From the NCBI GenBank assembly GCA_947462995.1, contig CANHUG010000001.1, positions 1 through 39,866 of the forward strand: 39,866 bases of DNA, given 5' to 3'. Shown here piece after piece: positions 8,488 through 19,400 of this stretch (within the stretch, counting starts at the first letter, position 1; the number at the start of each line of letters is the position of its first letter). The notes beneath the pieces were generated by a model. It did no database searches, had not been told where the DNA came from, and saw nothing but the letters and a program-made list of their open reading frames with translations. This DNA is from Verrucomicrobiales bacterium. Its GTDB lineage: Bacteria > Verrucomicrobiota > Verrucomicrobiia > Verrucomicrobiales > V1-33. The position numbers and the translations under genes are program-made.

Positions 8488-10173
8488 ATGAAGACGCCCC
8501 ATCTGCTCGCCGCGCTGACCGCAGCTTTACTGTGCGGGACTGGCATGCCGGCGACCGCGCAGACCGCCGGAAGTTTGGATCCGTCATTCGGTGATCAGTT
8601 CTGGCGGCGCAACTCGCTTTACGGCAGCCCTTGGGTGACAGTCATCCTTCCCGCCAGAGACGGGAAAGTCTATCTTGGCGGGTACTGCATCGATCTCATG
8701 GAAGGGACATCGCCCGGGTTGGTGATCGCGCGCCTGACCAGCGACGGCACCCTGGATGGCACGTTCGCGTCCGGTGTGGCTTCATGGCTTTGGGACAATG
8801 AAGACGCGGAGGTTCATGCGGCTGCCCTCCAGCCTGACGGAAAACTGATCATCGTGGGCGATGACCTCTTCGAATCAGCCCCCTCCGGCACAATGCTGAG
8901 GCTGAATGCCGACGGGACCCGGGACACTGGTTTCACGGCCAGAACTCTCCCGGTCCGGGACGGTGTCCGCATGCTCGCCGTGCAGGAGGACGGCAAGATC
9001 CTCATCGGCGCGGCCATTGTCTCGAAGGTGCCGCCATTTGATTTGCCCGGCACCACAACGGTGGGCATCCAGCGGTTGAATGCAGATGGCAGCCAGGACA
9101 CAGGGTTCAAGTCTGTCTCGCTCGCGGAATCCCAGGGCTTCGAGACGACCACGTGCGTCGTCGTGCTGCCCGACGGCAAGCTGCTCATCGGCGGTGAGGG
9201 TTATGCCTCAGTGTTCGCCAATGGGCGCAGTTGTCTCCGACTGAACACCGATGGCAGCCTTGACGCAAGCTTCGGACCGGTGGTCGTCGACGTGGATCAG
9301 AGCCAATCGCTGGGCGTTGTGTACCGTGGCACCGTCGGGTCCATGGTGAGGCAAGCTGATGGCAAAGTGGTGATCGGTGGCTGGTTCACGCATGTGAATG
9401 GGTCGCCAAAGAACAGCATCGCCCGCCTGAACGCCGATGGCAGCCTCGACGAGAGTTTCGACGTCGGCCTGCGGCAGGGTTCACAGGTCACCTGCATGGC
9501 GCAGCAGAACGACGGCCGGATCCTTGTGGCCGGGTGGAATATCAACGTTCTTGGCACGCGATACGCGACCATCGCAAGGCTTGAAGCGGATGGCAGTCTC
9601 GACAGGAGCTTCAGTCCCGGCACCCCCAGCCAACACGGCATTAGCACCATCGGGCTCGAAGCCGACGGGAACGTCCTCGTCGGCGGCGGTTTTACCCTGC
9701 TGAACGGGGTGCCCCGCCGAGGATATGCCCGCCTGCTGGGCAGCGAAAGGCCGACGCCGCGGGATCGCTTTGCCACGGCCGCGCAGGCAGCCGGGCTTTC
9801 CGGAGAAGCGGCCGCTCCAGAATCGGCACCGCAGGGCGATGGGGTGGCGAATCTCCACAAGTATGCCTTCAACCTCGACATGCATCGGGCCGATGGCGGC
9901 ACCATGTCTCAAGGCGGTGTGCGCGGTCTCCCGTCCCTGCTGCCACCGCGGGCAGCTCGGACCTTCCGTTTCGAATTCCTGCGTCGTCGCAACAGTGGCC
10001 TGGTATATATCCCCCAGCTGACCACGAGGCCCGACATCGCGTCGTGGTGGCGGACCCTCACCGGGATAGCCCCGAAAATCGATCCCATCGATGCAACATG
10101 GGAACGCCTGACCTACGAGGTGAAACGCAACGAACCCAATATCTTCTTCCGGGTGGAGGTCAGGCTGCCCTGA
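8488..10173 (+). CDS. Secreted delta-60-like repeat protein (about 7 degenerate blades) with the shared C-terminal module
   Basis: Signal peptide [25 protein letters not shown]. It has seven looser repeats carrying (A/L/Q)RL(N/T/E)(A/S/T)DG(S/T)xDxxF. The C-terminal ~140 aa (about 9745-10173) align clearly with the tail of the upstream protein (..[30 protein letters not shown]...[18 protein letters not shown]...ATWERLTYE...[10 protein letters not shown]). Confidence 0.85.
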   Translation: MKTPHLLAALTAALLCGTGMPATAQTAGSLDPSFGDQFWRRNSLYGSPWVTVILPARDGKVYLGGYCIDLMEGTSPGLVIARLTSDGTLDGTFASGVASWLWDNEDAEVHAAALQPDGKLIIVGDDLFESAPSGTMLRLNADGTRDTGFTARTLPVRDGVRMLAVQEDGKILIGAAIVSKVPPFDLPGTTTVGIQRLNADGSQDTGFKSVSLAESQGFETTTCVVVLPDGKLLIGGEGYASVFANGRSCLRLNTDGSLDASFGPVVVDVDQSQSLGVVYRGTVGSMVRQADGKVVIGGWFTHVNGSPKNSIARLNADGSLDESFDVGLRQGSQVTCMAQQNDGRILVAGWNINVLGTRYATIARLEADGSLDRSFSPGTPSQHGISTIGLEADGNVLVGGGFTLLNGVPRRGYARLLGSERPTPRDRFATAAQAAGLSGEAAAPESAPQGDGVANLHKYAFNLDMHRADGGTMSQGGVRGLPSLLPPRAARTFRFEFLRRRNSGLVYIPQLTTRPDIASWWRTLTGIAPKIDPIDATWERLTYEVKRNEPNIFFRVEVRLP

Positions 10174-10413
10174 GGCCGGGACACGACTACAGAACGAATC
10201 ACTGTCCACCACAACGAAGCACCATCGCACACCACCGGGCGTGCCCGCTACGTCCCTGTCGCGAAATGAAGCAGCCTCGCGGCCGAACGGCCCGCCGAAC
10301 GGACAACCCTCACCAAGGCGACCACCTCGCCTGACAGCAAGGCACGCCGCGAAAATCAGCGGTGCCTGCCCCCCCATGGCACCCCCGCCCCCACGCCAGA
10401 CTGGCCCGGAGAT

Positions 10414-13400
10414 TCAACGCATCCTCACGCGCAATCTGACAAACTTCCGCTGTCCAACCACCGGCACGACTGCGCGGACAGTCTGGAGGCCATCCGCTTC
10501 GCCTACCACCTCAAGGACGCTGTCCGAAGGGATCCAACCCACCGTCGCTTGCGGATCAGTCGCCTCCTCTAGCGCCCAGCTCACGACCTCGGCCATCGCC
10601 GCCGGCCGGTCGAACTCGATAACCAGTCCGCCATCGGTGACCCGCGACCGCACCGGCTGCGGCCCGGAAACCAGCGGATCAAGACCGAGCGCAAACTCTA
10701 GCAGATTCACCGTGCCGTCCCCGTCCGGATCCGCACCCGGCGCCGCCCGGCCGCCAGCCTCCAGCGACGCAAATTGGCGAAGCCGCCATTCATCCATCGG
10801 CGAAAGTTCCATGCCCACCGCAAATGCCGACTCCCTCGCAAACCCGCCCCCAATGCCCGCGCCGTCTACGGCCTGCACCGACCAGTAGTACACCCAAGGC
10901 GATAGATTCCGCATGACCTTCCTCGGCACCCGCTGCTCTCCAGGGTCCATGGTGCGCCTCACCCCCGTCACGAGGTCCGCCGGCGGAAACGCGATTTCCT
11001 TTCCGCCAGCAGTCGTCCCAACCCGCAGGCTGTAGGTCAAGCCCCGCCGAGGCGTGCGGTCATCGGCCGGCATCTGCCACGTTAGCAGTACCGAGCCCAA
11101 CTCGCTGCCGGGTTCCGCCTTGAGCCCGGACGGTGCGTCCGGCGGGAGGTTCGCTCTGGAAGAATTGTTGAGCGCCAGCTTCAGTCCTACGCACAAGTCC
11201 GGCATGCCGTCACCGTCAAGGTGGCCCCACCCAGTCGCACCAGAAGACTCGGAAAATCCCCCGTAACCCACTAGCGGTGAACCAACATCGTAGCCAACCC
11301 CTCTGCTCCGGATGAAGTTATGATTGGGCAGCGCCATCGAGTCCAACCCCCCGTCCCCATCAGCATCCACGAACCCGCTCGCCCTACTCGGGAGGTTGGC
11401 GCCAGCACCCTCTGCCATCCAGATGCCGATCCGCACGTACCTCGAGGAATCCCTCCGGATCATCCGGAAACTGCTGCTCCCAGCAGGTTCGACGGCCGTG
11501 CAATCAACATCGCCATCCCCGTCGAAGTCCATGAACTCCAGAGTCGCCGTCGCGGATATCGGACCACTAGGCAGCAGACCCTGCAAGCCTTCGGTGAAGA
11601 CGCCGGCTTCATTCACGAGGATGCGCCTCCAGTAGGTGGCCGGTGAGGTGCCAGCGATGATCCCACTAGCGAAAATATCACGGTCGCCGTCACCGTCGAA
11701 ATCATGCCATGCCAGCGTCGAGGCGCTGGCAGTGCCCGGCACTTCAACTCCCGGGGAAAAACCCGCCGGTCCACGTATCAGCAGACGCATCCCCGCGTTG
11801 CTCGACAACACCGATAGATCAAGGTCCCCGTCACCGTCCCAGTCCCCTCCCTCGACCGTCCAGATCCCCGTCGTTCCGGGCTGCAGCGGGAATCGATCGT
11901 CCACGACAAATCCCGAACCCGTATTCCGAAGCACCCGGCTCGTATACGGGAACCTAGTGTCACCCACCACAAGGTCAGGCAGCCCGTCCCCATCGACGTC
12001 CACAATGCCCCAGAGCCAGAACCCCGTGAGCAACCACTCAGGCGGCGGCGGGGCCATGACGCCTCCCTCGTTCCGATTGATCGTGATCCAGGTGCCGACC
12101 GTGGAAGTCGAACTCTGAATGATCAGATCAAGATCGCCGTCGCCATCCATGTCCGCCCAGCGACTCATGCGGATGGTATTGCCCGGCAGCCCGGGAAGAT
12201 CCATCCGCTGCCATGCATTGCTGAAGGTCATGATCGCGCCCATGGCCATGTCGACCGCATTCTCGGCAATCATCCGGTAGTGGATCAGATCGCCCGTCGG
12301 AAGCCCCGCCACCGCCATGGATAGCTCCACCGGAGCCGCAGCCGCCGCCTGCACCTGCACCGCCGTCCGGTTGCCCAGTGCCCTAGTGGTTCCCCACTCG
12401 AAGTACCACCGCGTCTCCAGCCCCCCCGTATCCAGCCGTCCGCGCATCCGCGACGAATCCCTCCCGATTTCCTCGACGCTGAGCGTCGTTACCCCTGGGC
12501 GCAATCTCACCTCCACCATTTGCTCAGGCGCAAAACGACCCCCGCGCAGCCCAGCGTCGATCGCCTGCACCGACCAGTAAAGTCGACCACTGCTCGGCAG
12601 CGTGGCAAGTAATCCACCCGCAACACTCAGCGGGCCGTTCTCCGCAAGCAGGCGCCGCCCGTCAGCACCGGCATGCGCAGGCATGATGTCATTGAGACCC
12701 GGCGCGCTGCCAATGCGGACGCGGTACGTGTGACCCCGTCCGTCGTGCTGCCACCGCAGCCGGACGTATCTCCCCTCCGTCGTCGCCACCAGTCCCGTCG
12801 TCGCCACCAGTCCCGTCGGCGCCGCCGGCGGCGCCGACGGCTGCCCAAGCGGGTTGCGCCATGCAGACACCGTCCAAGGCCCACCAGCAACCGCTGGCAG
12901 AGCCGCCGCCACCACGTCAAGCCGACCGTCCCCGTCAAGGTCCACACACGCAAGGCTCCCCGCCTTGATCGTCGGCAGCTCCGCAAGAACCTCATCGATC
13001 CGTCCATTGCGGTTGGCGATAACCCGAACGGGGGATCCGCTATCCCAGGAGCCGGCCATCACGAAGTCCGGTGCCCCATCGCCGTCCAGATCCGCCGCGG
13101 CCAGCCGGGCACTCAGGAATCCAGTCGTGCTGTTGCCGTTGCTGAAAAAGTAGCCGTAATGATTCAACGAGAGAGCAGTCATCCTCACAAGGCCGACAGA
13201 GCCGCTGCTGATCGCGTCCACATCGCCGTCCAGGTCGAAGTCAGCGAGAACCGCAGCCCCGGACGGCGTCATGGTCAAGGTATCGAATCCGGCACCCCCC
13301 GGTCTGACCAGGGTCACCGTGGATCCAGACTGCGAATCAAGGATGCCGTCCCTGTTCACGTCAGTCCAGGAATCAACGAAGGACGTCACGTCTAGCCGTC

Positions 13401-16400
13401 CATCGTTGTTCGCGTCCGCAAGCATCAATCGCGCCTGACCGTACGACCTCGGTGCTGCCGACACAGGCACAAACGCTCCCCCGTCATTCCTCAACAGCAA
13501 GGGGAACCGCGGAGGCGACGCATTCGGATTGTCGCTACTGGCCAGCAGATCGAGATCACCGTCACCATCAGCATCACCCCATGACAGCGTGGTGTCCTCA
13601 GGCACCACCAGTTCGGTAATGATCTCCCCAAAACCGCCCGAGCCGTCATTGCGCAAAAGGCGCAACCGCGACACCGTCGGAACCACGCTCGTGTCGGCAT
13701 ACTTGAAGGCCGCATCGAAATCCCCGTCGCCATCCGCGTCGCCGAACTGCAGCGCAAGAAATCTCCCCGGAACCGCCGGAAATGGCATCGGTGCCCACGC
13801 CCGCGCAAATCGCAGCCACACGCCCCGCGTCACCCCCTGTCCGTTAGTCAGGACGACCCGGAACTCACCACTGCTCACGTCGCCCGGCAACGGAACCACC
13901 ATCGAAGCATCTAACGCAGCAATCCCCGCTGCCAGTGCCGCAGACTGGCTGATCTGCACCGGTCCGTCACCCGAGCGCCACTCCACCGCCCAGCTGCCCG
14001 GCGAAACCGAACGGAAACGGCCGCCAATGCTCACGCCGCCAGCAACAATCGTCGCATCGTTCACCGACACCAGTTCCGGTGCACGCCCCTCTCCCGTGAA
14101 CACCTGAGACGCCGCAAATGGCCCGCCCCGGCCCGAGCTGTCCACCGCCTGCACCGTCCAATGCAGGGCAGTCGCCGGCAGATTCCTCAGCACCGCAAAG
14201 GTCGTCCGCCACGGAGCCGCTCCAGGCAGTCGACGCCTCCCGTCCGCCAGCGCATTCGCGCTAACCACGTCCCCCGCACCGGCGCTCGTGCCCACTCTGA
14301 TCTGATAGGTCAGTGCCGCCGATGGCGTCGTGTCGTCCACCGCCGGCTGCCAGGATAACCGGACAGTCCCATCGCCGAGCGGCGTCGCCAGCAGTCCTGT
14401 GGGCGCTCCGGGAGCCGCATTCGCAGGCCCGGGGTTTCTCCGCATGACCGCAGCGCCCGAGAAGGTCGAAACGGAAGCGAAGTAGTCCGGCAGCCCGTCA
14501 CCGCTCCAGTCCGCAAAAAGCGCGGGGCCGGACCGGGAAAAGGGAAGCTCAAGCCGCCGTCCCGCATACCCGCTGCCGTTAAATGAAACCACATTCCCCA
14601 ACGGATTGACCCCGGAAGGCGTCGCGTTACCAGGCGACGACAGCACAAAATCCCCCATCGCATTGTTATCCAGATCCGTCATGATGAATCCGCCAGCCGC
14701 CGTCGCAATCGTCAGGGCCGGGTCGGGCCGGTAGCGGTCGTCCGCACCCCGGCGCCAACCCATCGCCAATCCCTCGGAACTGCCGATCCCAGGCCCGGCA
14801 GCCATGATCTCAACACGCCCGTCGCCGTCCACATCAATCCAGCCGCCCGAGCGAACCACCGAAAAAGGTGTGCCGATCTCTCTCGATTCAAAGTTGCCGC
14901 CGTGATTCCGCAGCAGCGTCAGATTCGTGCCCGCCCCATTCGATCCAAACCCGGAGCCACCCGTCAGAATATCCATGTCTCCGTCGCCATCGTCGTCAGC
15001 CACCACCAGAAAAGTGCCTCGATTCACCACCAGAATGCGCCCAGCCGGCGTCAGCACTCCCCCCACATTCTCATGAAGCCCCACCTGCACCGAACTCACC
15101 GGCGCAATCAGATCCATGTCGCCGTCCTGATCGTGGTCGATCCACGCCACCGACCTCCCAACCCACCCGAACTGCGCCGAACTCGTCGACTGCACCAGCG
15201 GCAGTCCGATGTTCACAAAACGCGTGCCATCATTGCGATAGGCCACCGCGAGATCGCCGCTTCCCGATGCCGCCCCCGAAAGGACCACATCGAGATCCTG
15301 GTCGCCGTCGTAATCAGCCCACGCGGCCACCGGAAAGGAGAAGTTGGCAAAACCCGGACTCGGAAATTCAACAAAACTCGCACCCCAGTTCCGATAGAGC
15401 CTCAACTGCGCGTTCGTCCCGGATCCCTCATGGCGAACCAGCAGGTCCATCAATCCGTCGCCATCATAATCCGCCGCAGAAACCCCGGAGGCTGGCACCG
15501 CCGGCAGCCCAGCCGTCATCGCCGGCCACTGACGCTCGAAACTCCGAATCGCGCTAGTCACCGTCCCGCCAGACCACGACGCCACACATCGGAAATAATG
15601 CGCCACCGCTGCCGGCCGGCCAGTCAGGGTCGCCTCGACCTGCACCGACCCCGCCCCAGCCGGATGCACAATGTTCGCCGTGCGGCTCCCAAGGGCTGGC
15701 GTCGTCCCCCATTCAAACCAGCACGTCACAGCTTGCCCCCTCCGCGCCACCACCCCCGACAACCGCGCGCTGCCGTCGGCGTTCCCCAATCCCGCCGCTA
15801 GCACCACTTCCGGCGCGGCATTCGTCACCGTAAACGTCCCCTCCGGAGAAAATGCACCCCCGGCAAACCCATGGTCCACAGCCTGCACAGCCCAGTAATA
15901 AGTTCCCGCGCCAAGGCGGAACGCGGCACTCGTGCCCACATGGACCGCCCCGGGCTCCGGCAGCCGCCGCCGCCCGTCAGCACCGGATAGTCCCCCGCCC
16001 GCCACCTCCGCTCCTCCCGGCACTCGCCCTATCCTCACGTGATATGTCAGGCCGCCCGCAGGGGTCCGGTCATCCGCAGGAGCCGTCCACCGCAGGGTCA
16101 CGCTCCCATTGCCTCCCAGCTCGGCCCCGACCGCCTGAGGCGCAGCAGGAGGCTGATTCGCCGCGTTCACACTCCGCTGCCTCGCAATCATCAGGCTCCC
16201 TCCCGATGACATCAGCAATTCCATCCGGCCATCCCCATCCCCATCACCCCAATCCACATCGGCACCCGCTTCCGGAGCAAACCCGCCAACCTCCCGAAAC
16301 GCTCCCGCTTCATTCAATAGCAACGCCGGCCGGAGACCCGCGCTCGATGCCGCGCCCGGATCACGCCGCGTCATCGCCAGATCAAGATCGCCATCACTAT

Positions 16401-19400
16401 CCGCATCCACCCACTTCAGTGACTGCGCCTCCCTCACCCCCGGCTCCGCCGTCAGCGCAAACACCCCGCCCGTGTTGCGGAAAATCAGCAGCGGTTCGCG
16501 CAGCGCGATCGGAACCGATGTGTCCTCCATGATCGCTGCCGCAAGGTCAGGATCACCGTCACTGTCCCAATCTCCCCACGCCGCATGCCTCACATTCCTC
16601 AGCCGCGCATGCAACTGCATCGGCTGCAGCGCGCCTCCGTCATTCCGATAGGCAAACTGCGTCACCGGCTGCGGCGCATTGTAATCACTCAGATCAGGAT
16701 CACCGTCGCCATCATAGTCAACCCACCACGCACGCCCCCGCGACACCTGCAGCGCCGCACGCTCCTGGTCCGGAACAAACAATCCCCCAAGATTCCGATA
16801 GGCCCACAGGCCCCCCTCCGTCCCCGTCAGATCCACCAGCCCGTCCCGATCCAGATCGATCGGCGTCAGCGCAGTCGGCGCTAGCGTCCCAGACCCGAGC
16901 ATCGCAGCCGCTGCCGTCAGGGCTCCGCCCGAATTGAGAAACCATCGCGCCTGCACCCCCGACGCAACCTCCGGCACCACGTCGATGTCGCCATCATTGT
17001 CCGCATCCATCAAGCACAGCGCCGCAGCAGTCGTGGTCAGCGCCGGCGATGACCACGCCACCATCCCGCCAGGCGTGCTGCGGAAAAGCCGGAGCGTCGC
17101 CGACGGTGTCAGCGCCACAATATCCAGCCGTCCATCGCCATCCAGATCCACCCACCGTGGCTTTGTCAGGCTGTCGGACGCCTGCCCCACCACCGTCACC
17201 GGCCACGGCAGCGCCATCCGTCGCACCGACCCCGCCACAGACCCACCATCGGTCTCCCCAATCAATCGATAGTGCAGCTCAAGGCCCTCAGGCAGATTCG
17301 ACACCGCTGCCTCCACGGTCTGCAACTCACTGCCCGCTGCCATCGTCTCCCATGCCGTGAAGTTCCCCATCGCCGGCGACATTCCCCACTCGAATCGCCA
17401 GCGCGCACTCTGGCCCCGCGGCGAAAGCTCCCCGCGCAGCCGGACAAGGCCCCCTCCCGCCCCCTCGGGAACAGCATCGCCCGTCACAACCTGCGGCGGC
17501 ACCTGCGGCAGCGCCCCCACCGTCACCATCTGCTCCGGCGCGAAATTGCTGCCGGCCAGCGAGGCATCAATCGCCTGCACCGACCAATAGAGCGGTCCAG
17601 CCACCGTCGTCTCCAGCGCAAATTGCCGCGCCAATCGCCGGCGCCCGACTGACGGAAGCAACCGACGGCCGTCGTTCGCCGCATGAGACGGAATCACATC
17701 GTTCGCCCCCGGACGCGTCCCCACCCTCAATTGATAGGCCAGCCCCGCGGCGGGTGTCTCGACATCAGACGCCGCATCCCACTCGAAGATCACGCGCCCT
17801 CCCTCAACACGCGCCCTCAACCCCGTCGGTGCCGTCGGACGCCGGTTTCCGGAGGCGTTGTCGTTTCTCAGAATCGCCAGATCACTGTTCAACTCGACAA
17901 GGAAATCCGCGTCGCCGTCGCCATCCCAGTCGGCTGCATCCAGTGCCGTTTGCGCCGACGTCCTCGGTCCGGATGTCAGGGAACCCATGCTCCATGCCCC
18001 GCCTGACCATGTGACGAGACCAACATGGTTCCACAACGTCACGACCGGCGCGATGCTCCCGTTAACAAACGAAGACGTCGCTGGATAGGGTATGTCCGGC
18101 AATCCATCGCCACTCCAGTCCACCGCCCGAGCCCCCGGGCCGCGCACCGAACCGGACCCCGGAACCGCCCCTGCCATCGGAGCCGGAAAACCGAACGGCG
18201 GCTCGGCCCCGCCATTGAGATGAATCGCAGGAGCGCTCCCGCCGTTCACCACATCCAGCCTGCCGTCCCCGTTGCAGTCCTCCAAGTAAAGCTGATTCCG
18301 TCCACCCAGAAAGTCCCCAGCAATCCCCTGAAACCTGCCCCCGGAATTGCGCAGAACAACAACATTAAGAGGCGGACCAGAGACCCACGAATCCCACTCG
18401 GAAGGCGTCACCACAAGGTCCAGATCGCCATCGTTGTCGTAGTCTCCCCACTCAATCTCGCTGGCGGAATGCGCCGGCAGCCCGACACCAGTCACTTCCA
18501 CGAAACGCACCCGATCGTTCCTGAAGAGCTTGACCCCGTCAGTGCGGCCGACCACAAGGTCCTCGTCGCCATCATTGTCGTAATCACCCCACGAAAGACA
18601 AGTCACTCCAGTGGCCGGAAGTGTCATCGCTTCAACCAAGGCACCGCCGTCGTTCCTCAAAAGGCTCAGCCTCTGCAGCTGCGGCTGCGACGTCGGTCCC
18701 GAAACCCACCACGCAAGGTCAATGTCCCCATCTCCATCCCAGTCGGCAAACGCCGCCGCCCTATGACTGAAATCGTTGAGCGGCACCGGGTCCTCCGGAG
18801 CCATCCACCCGTCGGCCGTGCGCATCAACTGCGCCGCAGCTTGCGGTTGTGAAGATCGGAACACACTCGCGGGGCGGCTCAGCAACGCATCAAGGTCCCC
18901 GTCGTTGTCATAATCACACAACGTCGCCGCAGCCCAGTCAATCTCTACCATTCCCACCACCTCCGGCACCGCTTCCGGAATCCGCTCCAGCCGCCGCACA
19001 AGGCCCCGAATCGCTGTCCCGCCATGGATCAGAACCATGCGGTACCAGATCCGCGACAACCCCTCCGACCCCGGCACCGCAGCCCGCAGCGATGCACTGG
19101 ACTCGCTCGGTGCGATCGTTCCACCCCCGGCCCGCCGCGTCACTTGATCCGGCTCTTCGCCCCACTCGAAAAACCATTCCGACGGACTCGACACCGAATA
19201 CACCAACCCGCCAAGCGTCGCCGCTCCGACCGCCGGCCATTCCCCCAGCAGTGTCGATACCGTCGGTACAATCGCCGGTGCCTCGGGAACCGGATAGGGC
19301 CGCACCAGCAACGGAACCAGCTCCGCCACCTGCACCGCCTCCTCACCCTCATTGCCGTGAAAACGCACACGCATCCTTGTAGGCCCCGTCACCGCAGGAA

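Noticed and set aside
10341-10366. Imperfect hairpin ggcacgccgc-gaaaatca-gcggtgcc in the 240-nt spacer between the convergent delta-60 and giant genes
   Set aside because: The stem has a 2-nt bulge and there is no U-tract on either strand, so it is not convincing as an intrinsic terminator.
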